64,000 nt of DNA, from positions 69,068,001 through 69,132,000 of the forward strand of contig NC_042998.1 in assembly GCF_006345805.1 (NCBI RefSeq), read 5' to 3'. Below the pieces are notes generated by a model that worked only from the letters and a program-made list of their open reading frames with translations, was not told the origin of the DNA and searched no databases. The position numbers and the translations under genes are program-made. This document shows, piece by piece, positions 24,972-36,070 of the stretch (position 1 is its first letter; each line of letters opens with the position of its first letter). This stretch comes from Octopus sinensis. Lineage: Eukaryota.

Positions 24972-27900
24972 TATAAGGGTGAGTTAAAAGTAATGCCATT
25001 TTGTTTAGGACAGGTATAATTACCAACACAGGAACATGTATCATACATCAAAATGAAGCTGGTCCTCTGTGGATCACATCCCTACTTCTCAACATAGTCA
25101 CCATTTCTCTCAATAGCAATGTTCCACCTTTGAATGAGAGCATGTATCCCTGCCCTATCAAATTCTGTCACTGGAGTAATGTTTACCTCTCCAATCCTCT
25201 TTCATGGGGCCGAAGAGATGATAATCCAGTGACGAGGAAGTGAAAACTAGTGAAGAAGTTGTAACGAAATGTAAATATCTTCTCTGCACTGTTTGGGTGC
25301 AAGAAGCAATCACTATCCGTTGCTTTTTAATAATCCAGATTCTACCAGTCAAAGAAACACAAAACGCAGACGTAAAAAATATATATCTACTTTATTCTCT
25401 TATGACAGTAACAAATAAGTGGTGTATCTGGTATCCCTTTGGTATACATGTGTCAGAGCTGAACTTTATCGCTGTAGAATTTACAGTGTTCAAATGCTAA
25501 CGACACTGGCCAAAGATGGCGTCCGGAGAAAGGAAGATGATGTGGTCGGCAACAAATGTCAGGGAGAAACGAAGATAATATGCGTCTTCTTCTATGAAAA
25601 GGCTGACTGCTGCTATCAAATCCGGATAGAGAGAAATATACGTGTTGTACCTTCGATAGCCGTGTCTCAAGTCACTGCCTGCTGGACGCTGGTGGTCAAC
25701 GTCCTACGATCCCCTTGCCTCGCGGCTAAACTGCCACGTAGGCAAATGGTCCTACTTCCGGTGGTGAAAGCACCAACTCCGCATGTGCGAAACAGAAAAT
25801 GGACGGTGCGCGAGCGCGCACCGTTATATAGGATCACTACAAAGCTCCCCTCCAGTGCCTAAGCACGACACAAAATTCCTTGTAGTGACTATAAAACTCA
25901 AGGTGGACACCAGATAACCAAATAGCAAAAAATATACAAAAATGGCAGAATTTATAATATACATAAGAAATTTACCAAAAGGAAAAAAGAGAAAAAATAC
26001 TCAAAAATGAGCAAAATGAAAAGTGCATTCGTGAAGGTGGATACGTCACAAAGCATAGAGCCTTCCGCTGAAGGGAGCGGAAGGAAAGCAAACTCACAGT
26101 TAATGAACCTAGGCGAAGTTAAATCCAACTCCTCTAAAGGTAGGTGATCCTGCGAAATAGCAGTTAAGTCAATTGCTGCAGAAGAGGAAATGGAATCGAC
26201 AGATAGATCGCCAGTAACACAAAAGGCAGACAGTGCTTTGGCTGAAAGTGAAAGGTTAGCAAGGTGACAGTGCAAGCATGCTGGTGTGATGCGCGAGACA
26301 GATAATTTTCTCTGTTAATTACGTGACCAACAGGGGTCTAACAGGGAAAAAATTACGCCTATACATGGGCGCAGCGCATGTGAACATCCGTCGTTCTATG
26401 AGTCGGGAAAAGAATTAAGTTGACGCAAACGTGTTGCAAAAACAAGGCAGTACACGTGCAGAGCAAAGGTGCATGAATGCAATAGGGCTTGCCAGACCGA
26501 AAAACAGCAATGAATATGCCTCGTTCGTGCAGGAACAAAAGTGTGACATGCTGGCGCGTTATAATGTACAAACAACCCTCTCTATGTATACGTGACCCCT
26601 AGGGTCTTACAGAAATGAGGTGTGTCCACAAAGGCAAATTAGCATGGAAAAAAGAAGCGAGAAAAGGCATGTGTGACGTATGAATGTGAGAGAGATAGCA
26701 TTTGTGTGTGTATTAACTATGTGTGTACGTGTGTGCGACAGAAATACAACAAGGTGAATGCGAGCAAAAAATAAAAATACAGCGCATAGGAAAAAAGTCT
26801 CTCAGGGCTATTTCAGACAAGATGGAGTTAATTTACCAGTCCATAATAGCCTGATGCATAATAGCAGTTCGTTCTGTAACAGAATGTTGAGATCACAAAT
26901 GCAGATGCCGATTGAACACATATCGTGTAGCGGTTGTGGCTTCAATGCTGTGACAGGTTAAATTGGAACAGAAGATGTCGCAGGTAGTGCTGGGCTGTTA
27001 ATCCCGGTGTGTATACACGAAACAGCGAGTGGGCTAAACTTCCGCGAGTTGCTATTTACATCTTGTTGAGGTCGACGGTGTTGAAGGCGACTGTGGTGGA
27101 CTTGAGACACATTGTTGCTTAGTGGTGATGGCGACGAAGATAACGACGACGTGAAGTCGAAAGACGACGATGGTGATGTCGACGGCAGAGAAAAAGCATC
27201 GTTGATATGATGACGTCCGTCATTATTGCTGAAGAATAAGAAAGGCTCCTTCTATAACTGTTTGAGGGGACCGGAAACAAATCGTTGAAAGATGAATGCG
27301 TAGAGTTGATCGTGTTCAGACTTGGCAGAAAAACTGGATTTTTTTGTTGTTAAGTGATCTCTGGTTTAAGACCAGAATCACGTCGGGGTCACCAGTGTAA
27401 CGAAATGTGAATATCTTCTCTGCACTGTTTGGGTGCAAGAAGCAATCACTATCCGTTGCTTTTTAATAATCCAGATTCTACCAGTCAAAGAAACACAAAA
27501 CGCAGACGTAAAAAATATATATCTACTTTATTCTCTTATGACAGTAACAAATAAGTGGTGTATCTGGTATCCCTTTGGTATACATGTGTCAGAGCTGAAC
27601 TTTATCGCTGTAGAATTTACAGTGTTCAAATGCTAACGACACTGGTCAAAGATGGTGTCCGGAGAAAGGAAGATGATGTGGTCGGCAACAAATGTCAGGG
27701 AGAAACGAAGATAATATGCGTCTTCTTCTATGAAAAGGCTGACTGCTGCTATCAAATCCGGACAGAGAGAAATATACGTGTTGTACCTTCGATATCCGTG
27801 TCTCAAGTCACTGCCTGCTGGACGCTGGTGGTCAACGTCCTACGATCCCCTTGCCTCGCGGCTAAACTGCCACGTAGGCAAATGGTCCTACTTCTGGTGG

Positions 27901-28189
27901 TGAAAGCACCAACTCCACACGCGCGAAACAGAAAATGGACGGTGCGCGAGCGCGCACCGTTATATAGGATCACTACAAAGTGTCTCAAAGAACTGTCAAG
28001 AGAATCTTACGGATATATACTCTCATTCGAAAGTGGAACATTGTTATTGAGAGAAATGGTGACTATGTTGAGAAGTAAGGATGTGATCCATAGAGCACCA
28101 GCTTCAGTTTGATGTATGATACATGTTCCTGTGTTGGTAATTATACATGTCTTAAATAAAATGGCATTACTTTTTGACTCGCCCCCATA
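24972..28189. mobile_element. Mariner-derived MITE with long inverted arms, split by an LTR element
   Basis: 24974-25180 is the approximate reverse complement of 27990-28188. Mariner-type ends (gggtgagttaaaagtaatgcc). Minus-strand remnant 'SSSLDYHLFGPMKE' at 25158-25260. Confidence 0.8.
25260..27977 (-). mobile_element. Internally deleted Gypsy-type LTR retrotransposon (2718 bp)
   Basis: Two 582-bp LTRs (25260-25841, 27396-27977) with TG...CA ends and 9 substitutions by manual alignment. AAGT TSD (25256-25259 / 27978-27981). 18-nt PBS complementary to the tRNA-Trp 3' end (27377-27394). PPT-like GGAGGGGAG next to the 3' LTR. Pol linker remnant 'IDLTAISQD...MLCDVST'. Confidence 0.93.
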
Positions 28190-28795
28190 ACTTACCTTTT
28201 TTGAACTTTGATATGTGAATGGTTGACTCCTCTGGCAGGATTTTGATGTAGAACAAAACTTAACGAGTCTGTTTTGGGCTTTACTATTTTTCTTAATGAT
28301 GCAGTTGCAGGCTTAGTCTCACTATATGGTACCTTGGGCTAATGGCTTCAAATATAGCTTATGATTGACCAGCATCATCGTTTTAATGTCCACTTTTCCA
28401 TGCTTGCCTTGGTCAAACAGTTTGAGACAAGTTTCCTATGACTAGATACCATTCCTGTCACCAACCCTCGCCTGTTCCCAGATGTGTTTTTTCATAGAAG
28501 ATGAAATGAACAACACCAAGATGGTACTGCTTGTTTACAATATCAAGACATGGGTACACACACACACATGTATATGATAGACTTATTTCAATTTCTGTCT
28601 ACCAGATCTAGTCACAAGGCTGTTGTTGGCCCAGAGCTATAAGTAGAAAACACTTGACCCAAGTTGCTGTTGGAATATAAGCTTCTTAACCATCCAGTTA
28701 GGCCTGCACATATTGTTTTTTAACACGATAACCAAATCTTACCTGGTTTGGTAAAATCTGATAACAACAATTGTGATTTATCCTTTTTTGTACAG

Positions 28796-29004
28796 GTTCC
28801 AAGACAACCAATGGCAAAACTGAATGTTCTAAGAAAATAACCATATCCCACATTTCTAAAATAATGACTGAAGTCTATGGATTACCGATTGTGAATTCTA
28901 CAGAAGAGATGTCTAGTGTTCCAATTCAACAGAAAATTGCTATATGTTCCATTTTCTTAATGGTGAAACATGGTAAAGGTGCAAAAGAAGTAGAACTTGG
29001 AAAT
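28796..29004 (+). CDS. CDC6: CDC6 coding exon 8 (start of winged-helix domain)
   Basis: ttttttgtacag| acceptor, |gtaaga donor. 'VPIQQKIAICSIFLM...EVELGN' aligns to human FPLQQKILVCSLML...EVTLGK. Confidence 0.93.
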
Positions 29005-30547
29005 GTAAGAGTTTATCTTATTGTTGTTTGGTATTTGTTATCCAAGAGTTATGGCATTATTCCAGTATATCGGTGATGGTTCTGGTCTTGCAGTAGTCAT
29101 CAAAATTGTTGTTTTAACGTCTGCTTTTTCCATGTTTGCATGGGGTGGATGGGTTTTGAGGTGGATTCCCTACAGGCAGGTATCCTTCCTATTGTCAGCC
29201 GTTATTTCCAAGAAAGGAAATATTTCCCCATGGCCAGGCACGTTTTTGCACGTGCAAGGCCAGCAATTTTCGAGGAGTAGCTAAGTCAGATGGGTTGACC
29301 TTAGTATTCAATTGAACTTACTTTATCGACCACATAAGGGATAAGAGGTAAAGTTGACCCCCAGCAGCATTTGAACTCGGAATGTAAAAATTGACAAAAT
29401 TGCCACTATGCATTTCATTTTGTCTGGCAATGATTCTGTCAGCTTGCATCCTTGCACTTTGCTTGTGAAGACCTATTGAGGCAAGTGTAAACAAATCAAA
29501 ATCGCTGACGTGGCCGATGACGGTACCACCTGAGTGGCACTCGAAAATCAACATTTGAGCGTGGTCGTTGCCAGTGCCGCTGGACTGGCTCCCATGCAGG
29601 TAGCACATAAAAAACACCTTTTGAGCGTGGTCGTTGCCAGAATCGCCTGACTGGCTCTCATACCAGTGGTACGTAAAAGCACCCACTACACTCTCAGAAT
29701 GGTTGGCGTTAGGAAGGGCATCCAGCTGTAGAAACTTTGCTAGATCAGATTGAGCCTGGTGCAGCTATCTGGCTCACCAGTCCTCAGTCAAACTGTCCAA
29801 CCCATGCCCAGCAAGGAAAGCGGAGGTTAAACGATGATGATGAGACAGCAGGCTTCTTTTAGTTTCTGTCTGCTAAATCCACTGAAGAGGTAGTGGACAA
29901 ATCAGAGTTATGATAGAAGATGCTTGTCCAATGTATGCCACAGTGAGTTTGAGCTCAAGACAATGTAAGAACCAAAGTTAACCACACAGCTGTACCTCCC
30001 CCACTTCTCTCTATGTATAAATGTATGTATGTGTTGCCACAAACTGTGCTGGTGCCATGTAAAAAGTGCTAGTGTCACATAAAAATCACCCATTACCTCT
30101 GTATAATGGTTGGCATTAGGAAGAGCATCCAACTAGAAACCATGCGTAAACACAGTGGAGGCTGGTGTGGACTTACCAGCTCCTGTCAAACTGTTCAACC
30201 CATGCCAGCATGGGAAATGAACGTTGAATGATCACCCGCACATGGCTGGTATGTGTTAACCCTGGCCAGTATTTTGTTTGTTTGATTTCTGTATACAAAT
30301 AAAAATTCCTACTTTGCTCTGAATGATCAATGCTGCTTGTCACTGAAGGGGTAAAACTAAGCCAAAACACCAGTGTCTCTTCGTTCTCTGACATTTTTCA
30401 GAGTGAGGGGCTTTTAATGCAGTCTCCATCTAGGAGTTGCTCAGATATATATCCCCCCCCCCCAAAAAAAAACTAGTGTCATTGTATAAATGCGATGATA
30501 TACATACTGTTTTATGTATATTATGTAATTTTTATTTTATCTTTCAG

Positions 30548-30688
30548 CTTCATGATGTTTTCAAAAAAGTGTGTCATCAATGTAACGTCACTGCTGTTGG
30601 TCAGTCAGAATTTGTATGTATTTCTAGTCTGTTAGAATCACAAGGGATCATACAAACCAAAAAAGCCAAGGATTTAAGGAAGACCAAA
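30548..30688 (+). CDS. CDC6: CDC6 coding exon 9 (winged helix)
   Basis: 'LHDVFKKVCHQCNVTAVGQSEFVCISSLLESQGII' aligns to human LYEAYSKVCRKQQVAAVDQSECLSLSGLLEARGIL. Phase 0-0. Confidence 0.95.
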
Positions 30689-31664
30689 GTAAGTATATCC
30701 ATTATTTGTTTTCTCTGGCTTTGTAGTTTAGAATCTTGCTTTGCATCCTTGTGGGTTCCACCTAAGTCCCATTATGGCATCTTGGGCAAGTGTCTTTCTG
30801 TTGGACCAGGCCCATGAATGCCTAATGAGTAAATTTGGAGGATAGAATGGTGTGAAACCGCTGTGTGTGCGCATGTGCCACTGCCGCTGAAAATTCCCTT
30901 TTTAGCTGCCTTTGACTTTTATTCAAAGGGGTTTTTCAACCAAATATTTACATGTAATGTGTGTGTGTGTGGTTTTGTGTTTGTACCCACTCTTATTTAA
31001 CAGTTGCTGTTCATTTGTTTAGGTTTCTGTAACTTAGCAGTTTGGCATAAGAGACTAATAAAATATAAGTAAAGCAATCTTAACAAAAATTGTGTATTGA
31101 GAGTTGATTTGTTCAACTCTTTAAGGCAGTGCTCCAGCATGGCTGCAGCCCAATGACAGACAAGCAAATGGTAAAAAGTATATTTCTAATGAAATAGTCG
31201 TAGACTGACTCTGTGTCCTTATTTCTACCTTTCCTGGTTTTTTAGGGGTCAATAAAACAGTCTCAGTCCAAGATGGTGGAGCGGTGGAATTAGAACATTG
31301 GACTTGATACCTTGTGGTGTTTGTCCTGATTTTTTGTGTTCTGGGTTCAAATCTCACCATGGTTTATGTGGGTCGCAGTTTCAACCTTTTTATCAGCAAA
31401 TTTCTGTTGAAATACATTTTGTTTCAGTTGTGATGGCATGTGGCTTAGTGGTTAGAGTTTTCTGCTCATGATGAGGTTGTGAGTTCGATTCTTGACACTG
31501 CATTCTATCCTTAAGCAAGGCACTTTTAAATGTTACCCTAGTCCACTCAACTGGCAAAAATGAGTTGTACCTGTATTTCAAAGCCACCTGCTGTTAATTT
31601 TATGAGGAAGCTGTTATGTTGATCAGATCAGCTGGAACATTTGTTACAACTGACTGAATGCCAG

Positions 31665-32162
31665 GTAATACAGTTCTATATTTAAGAGACGGGGAATTAT
31701 GTACATTATTTACATTTGACAGATATTTGTCCTCATCTTGTTTTTTGTTAACATGTTTCGGTTGATATACCTTCCAGCCTTCATCAGGTGTCTTGGGGAA
31801 ATTTCGAATCTGGGTACTCATTCCTAAGTATTTGTCGATTTTGTTATTGTTATTATTCAAGGTCACTGCTTGGAATCTTGGAGTTAGTAGCCCACGCTCT
31901 TAACCACTACGCCCTCTGTCAAAAAAGCTCATGGGCATATGGCGTAGTGGTTAAGAGCGCGGGCTACTAACCCCACGATTCCAAGTTTTATTCCAAGCAG
32001 TGACCTGAATAATAACAATAATAACATCGAAAAATACTTTAGGAATGAGAACCTAGGTTCGAAATTTCCCCAAGACACCTGATGAAGGCTGGAGGGTATA
32101 TCAACCGAAATGTGTTAACAACAAACAAGATGAAGATGAATATCCGTCAAATGTAAATAATG
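31665..32162. mobile_element. Head-to-head inverted pair of the tRNA-head/hammerhead SINE
   Basis: Reverse copy 31665-31913, spacer of about 19 nt, forward copy 31933-32162. Same element as 12763-13018. Confidence 0.8.
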
Positions 32163-32395
32163 AATGCCAGATGCTTCAGTTAACTTTTAAAATTACAAAG
32201 AATTTATTAAAATAACTTTGACATTATCAAGCTGGTGTTTGGAACATAAATTAATGTGAAATTTTGGTCACTTTAAAACAGGAACCTCATCAATGGAATC
32301 TTTTGTTAAGCTTGTATAGAAGTTTTAGGATGTAGAAAATAATTAATCAAATACTATTTTGTTAAGTTTTAATTGGATTTGATTTTTGATTTCAG

Positions 32396-32485
32396 ATCTC
32401 CCTACGTTTGAGCGAGCAAGACTTACAATGGTCATTCAAAGATAAAACGTTATTATCCAGTATAATGGAACGAAGTTTACCATAA
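32396..32485 (+). CDS. CDC6: CDC6 terminal coding exon (ISLRLSEQDLQWSFKDKTLLSSIMERSLP*)
   Basis: gatttcag| acceptor, TAA at 32483-32485. Aligns to the human C-terminus. Total CDS 1602 nt = 533 aa plus stop. Confidence 0.93.
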   Translation: MSLRLSEQDLQWSFKDKTLLSSIMERSLP

Positions 32486-32609
32486 ATACTACAAGAATCC
32501 ATCAATGTGTAAAATATGTAATTATATTTGTAAAGCATTTTTTGTATTTTTAAAGAAAACATGAATATTTTAATTTTGTTTTGTAACACTGAGATTATTT
32601 TAATATATA

Positions 32610-32615
32610 AATAAA
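32610..32615 (+). terminator. CDC6: Probable CDC6 polyadenylation signal AATAAA
   Basis: First AATAAA in the AU-rich segment, about 125 nt after the stop. A second one lies near 32635. Confidence 0.5.
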
Positions 32616-33010
32616 CTTAATTTTATAGAAAAAAAATAAATTTCAAGTTATTTTTCTTTCTAACCTTTTAGCACTTAAACAATTTTCTCATACAATTCCT
32701 GATATTGTAAAAATATAAAATAAAGTAAAAAAGGAACCAAAGAGGGTCCATAAACCCTTGCTACTAAAGACTCAACTTGAAATTTGGTTGGCAGGGTGGG
32801 TGGGTGGGTTGATTACATCAACCCCCAGTACTCAAGTGGTACTTAATTTATTGACCCCCCCCCCCCCCCCGCTCCAAAAGGATGAAAGGCAAAGTCAACC
32901 TCAGCGGAATTCAAACTTAGAACGTAGCGACGGGTGAAATACTGCTAAGCGTTCTATCCAGTGTGCTAATGATTCTGCCAGCTTCTCGCCTTTTGTTTTT
33001 CTTTTGAGAG

Positions 33011-33315
33011 TCATTGGTTTTTTTTTTTTTTATTGTTGGTTTTGTTGAGAGCCATTGGGGTTTCCATCCCGTCATGACTGGCATTTGCTGCTTCAAAAAC
33101 AGCAGAGTATAATTTGGTATAGTTTCTAGCAGGTTGGGTGTCCCTCATTGGATACCTGTTGAAGATCGTATAAGGAGAGAGGAAGAGAAAAAGAGTAACA
33201 TGGTTGTGATGCACTAAACTTACTTTAAATCAACAGCAAACCATCTTGATGGTTTCTGCATAGAACCATGTTCCCGTGTTAAATATATTAGCAATGTGTC
33301 ACATGTTGAAGCCAT
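33011..33315 (-). CDS. Candidate last two coding exons (33315-33224, 33155-33011) of an unidentified convergent gene
   Basis: 68-nt intron with GTAAGT donor, long polypyrimidine tract and CAG acceptor joins two open frames in phase: MASTCDTLLIYLTREHGSMQKPSRWFAVDLK|YPMRDTQPARNYTKLYSAVFEAANASHDGMETPMALNKTNNKKKKNQ*. No family recognised. Confidence 0.5.
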
Positions 33316-34442
33316 CTGAGTAAGTATCATCATTGTTGTTTAACATCCGCTTTCCATGCTGGCATGGGTTGGGTCGTTTGAGAGGTCTGGAGAGCCAGGA
33401 AGCTGCACCAGGCTCCAATATGATCTGGCAAAGTTTCTACATAGGGGTGCTCTTCCTAACGCCAACCACTTCGAGAGTGTAGTGGGTTTTTTTATATGTG
33501 CCACCAGCACAGGAGCCAGTCAGGTGGCGCTGGCATCGACCAGGCTTGAATGGTGCTTTTTACATGCCACCGGCACAGGTGCCAAGCATGCAGTACTATC
33601 ATCAGCTACGATGACTTCACTTGCCTCAACAGGTTTTCGCAAGAGCAGTTTATTGCCCAATTGCAGGGTACTCTTAAATGTGCTGGTTAGGCTGCACTGG
33701 CATAGGCCACGGTTACAGTCTCACTTGGGTTTCCGAGTCCTCTTATGCACACATATTTCCAAAGGTCTCTGTCACTTGTCATTGCCTTGGTGAGGCCCAG
33801 TGGATATATATGGATGTACGAGGCCCAATAGATATATATGTATGTAAAATATAAAAATACACATTTAGTACAAGACATCACCAATGAGTGAAAACTATGT
33901 AAACGCCCAGAGAGATAAGTAGAGGATAAAATACGGAAAGAAGATAACTCCTTGTCAGTTGTTAACTGTTTTCCCACTCCCTATTTCATGCTTTCAATGA
34001 CGTGTGTATTGCGTATCTCCTTTAGATGCCATGTCCAAAATGTAGAACATAAGCAATCATGTCCTGCTAGAATACTCTTTGTTTTCTGTAACAGTTCCAC
34101 TTCCTAATGTTTAATGCTCTTCCAATCAGTTTGTCAAGCTTGACATCCATATCATCCTTCTTCCTCTACTTCTTTTCTCTTCAGTCTTTTCTGTCATCTC
34201 TAAATTTGCCGAGCTCTTTTTCCTCATCTCTCAACCCTTATCTCACAAAGCTTCCTATTTATTACAGCCTGGTTAATCACTTCCTCATTAAACACTTTGT
34301 CTATTGAAGCTATTCTCAATGTTCTTAAGAACCACATTTCATGGCTCTCCAAGCACCTGATGTTACAGGCCATGCCTCACTTCCATACACAGGATAGACA
34401 TGTATCTAATCTATTCATGTGTTGATATTTATATTTATATAC

Positions 34443-34914
34443 ATATTTCTTTACTACCCACAAGGGGCTAAACACAGAGAGGACGAACAAGGACAGACAA
34501 ACGGATTAAGTCAATCATATCGACCCCAGTGTGTAACTGTACTTATTTAATCGACCCTGAAAGGATGAAAGGCAAAGTCGACCTTGGCGGAATTTGAACT
34601 CAAACATAACGGCAGACGAAATACCGCTAAGCATTTCGCCCGGCGCGCTAACGTTTCTGCCAGCTCGCCGCCTATATAAATTTATATTTATATACAGGCA
34701 GCGAGCTGGCAGAAACGTTAGCATGCCGGGCGAAATGTGTAGCCGTATTTCGTCTGCCATTATGTTCCGAGTTCTATTTCTGCCGGGGTCGACTCTGCCT
34801 TTCATCCTTTCGGGATCGATTAAATAAGTACCAGTTAAACACTGGGGTCGATATAATCGACTTAATCTGTTTGTCCTCTCTGTGTTTAGCCCCTTGTGGG
34901 TAGTAAAGAAATAT
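34443..34914. mobile_element. Head-to-head inverted pair of family-B tRNA SINEs
   Basis: Reverse copy 34443-34673, 22-nt AT spacer, forward copy 34696-34914 (head aggcggcgagctggcagaaacgttagc). Confidence 0.85.
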
Positions 34915-35596
34915 CTTTATATTTGTATTACAAATGCATCTTTCAAGCTGTTAAGGGTCTCTCAGATCAGAAGGAGCTTATAAGCATTAGTCTCCAGTTC
35001 TGTTGTATTAAATGTGTGCAGACATGACCATGTGACAGAGAAGTTAGTTTCGCAGTCATGTGGTTTCTAGTTCAATCCCACTGCACAACTCTATTCTTTT
35101 TGTAAGAAGAATTTAGTAGTCAATGGAAACTGTGGAAGCCTCTCTCTGTCTGTCTCTCGTTCTCTTATGCACACACATCATGTATGTGTATGATGACTGC
35201 AACCTGATTTTCAAGCGATGTCATAGCTTAACTATTCTCTTAAAGACAAGCAGCACAGATATAGCTTTTCAGTCCTGTTGAGAACCTACATTCTTTTCCA
35301 CAGGTGAGACAATGATGAGCATCTCTTGCAGCAGGTGTTCACAGAGCTTACCACCCACGATGACACATGCCCTCATTCAATTATGGAATTTTCAAAGTGT
35401 TTTCTCTCTCTTGGTTGTGGGCAGCTATAGTATGCAATACATAAGAAAAATATTAAAAACCAAGTGCATGCTTGTGCCTGAAGCTTTTTAAAATGAGGAA
35501 AATCTTTGCTTAGGCCACTCCTGCTCTCTGAACAACTTATAAATTTGCCCTGAAAGAAATAGCCTACTAATGTAACTGTCAGATGTTACATTAGAG

Positions 35597-36070
35597 CAAT
35601 GGTTCTCAACTGGGATCCATATGAAATTTTGTTAAAATTTATGCACAATAAATTGGTTACAATATACAAAATATTAAATTTTTTTCATACAATTCCTAAT
35701 AAGGAGAAGACCTGTTGAGTCAAGTGAAATTGTAGTCATAGCCAATGCCAGTGCCACCTGACTGGCACCCATGCTAGTGGCACGTAAAAAGCACTAACTA
35801 CACTCTTGGAGTAGTTGGTGTTAGGAAGGGCGTCCAGCTGTAGAAATCTTGCCAGATCAGAGTGGAGCCTGGTGCAGCCTCTTGGCTTGCCAGTCCTCAG
35901 TCAAGCTGTCCAACCCATGCCAGCATGGAAAGTGGATGTTAAGCGATGATGATGATGCTTTAATTATAAAAATGTAATGTGATTTTCTTTTTTAAGCAAT
36001 GAATGGCTGTGAGGATCTGAGTGAAATTGGAACGAAAAGGACTCAGGTAAAAAATGGTTGAGAACCACGG
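35597..36070. mobile_element. hAT-type MITE with nested RTE-tail SINE
   Basis: TIRs caatggttctcaac / gttgagaaccacgg and 8-bp TSD CATTAGAG / CATTAGAA. Confidence 0.75.

Noticed and set aside
25419-25862. 147-aa and 185-aa duplicated ORFs (also 27555-28112)
   Set aside because: They lie antisense within the two LTRs, so the duplication reflects the LTRs. No recognisable domain.
25952-26275. 107-aa ORF with hydrophobic C-terminus as an env-like gene
   Set aside because: No ATG. The N-terminal part is a pol linker remnant and the hydrophobic tail comes from T-rich non-coding sequence.
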